Of a stretch of DNA of 64,000 nt, positions 63,749-64,000 are shown piece after piece. The notes beneath the pieces are model-generated. The model had not been told where the DNA came from, ran no database searches, and worked only from the letters and a program-made list of their open reading frames with translations. The DNA is from Laetmonice hystrix (lineage: Eukaryota): contig OZ249452.1 in assembly GCA_965235115.1 (NCBI GenBank), positions 9,114,001 through 9,178,000 on the forward strand, read 5' to 3'. How positions within the stretch are numbered: the first letter of the stretch is position 1; each line of letters starts with the position of its first letter. A program made the position numbers and the translations under genes.

Positions 63749-64000
63749 GTACAATATTTTACAAATTTGAATGTTTTACCAATACAAGTACTTGTGTGAC
63801 CACTCAGGGAAGACCCCGCCATTGACAAATGGACGCCGGTACAAGAATTGGAGGTGCCTATATGACACCAGTTTTTAAGATTGAGTGGTCTTAACCCTCA
63901 CTGGCTGCACTGTGGTACGTGTTTAAAAATAGTCTAACTGATGACTGCATGCATTTCGCGAGTACAGCTCGATTCCTGCAAGCCAGGGACAGTGTTGTGC

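Overview
Intron-rich animal genomic DNA (invertebrate bilaterian by gene style; the species cannot be named from sequence alone) with one assembly gap (N 28818-28988). No prokaryotic features, CRISPR, rRNA or tRNA were seen. Genes reconstructed by hand from GT-AG junctions and reading phase: the 3' end of an unrecognised gene (+, 1188-4634); a 3-exon THAP-domain gene resembling a truncated Kolobok-type transposase (+, 10246-12208); CKS1/CKS2 (-, 13477-14380); SDHC (+, 17713-21071, 6 exons, 169 aa); and a GPR158/GPR179-family class C GPCR (+, 26217-58306, 10 coding exons, 910 aa, 23-kb first intron). There are many non-autonomous DNA transposons (two Kolobok-like TTAA MITEs, a 1.57-kb Academ-like foldback, Tc1/mariner, CACTA and hAT-like MITEs), a CR1/L2 reverse-transcriptase remnant and about 13 minisatellites. 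Main leads, all untested: (1) a spliced CKS leader carrying a coding-like upstream ORF, suggesting a bicistronic mRNA; (2) a Kolobok-like MITE whose terminal repeats carry splice signals, so it could be removed as an in-frame intron; (3) minisatellites that start inside exons and multiply the splice donor; (4) clusters of RFX X-box motifs in a foldback element and inside a coding exon; (5) a nested antisense secreted-peptide-like ORF and a possible internal first exon in the GPCR intron.
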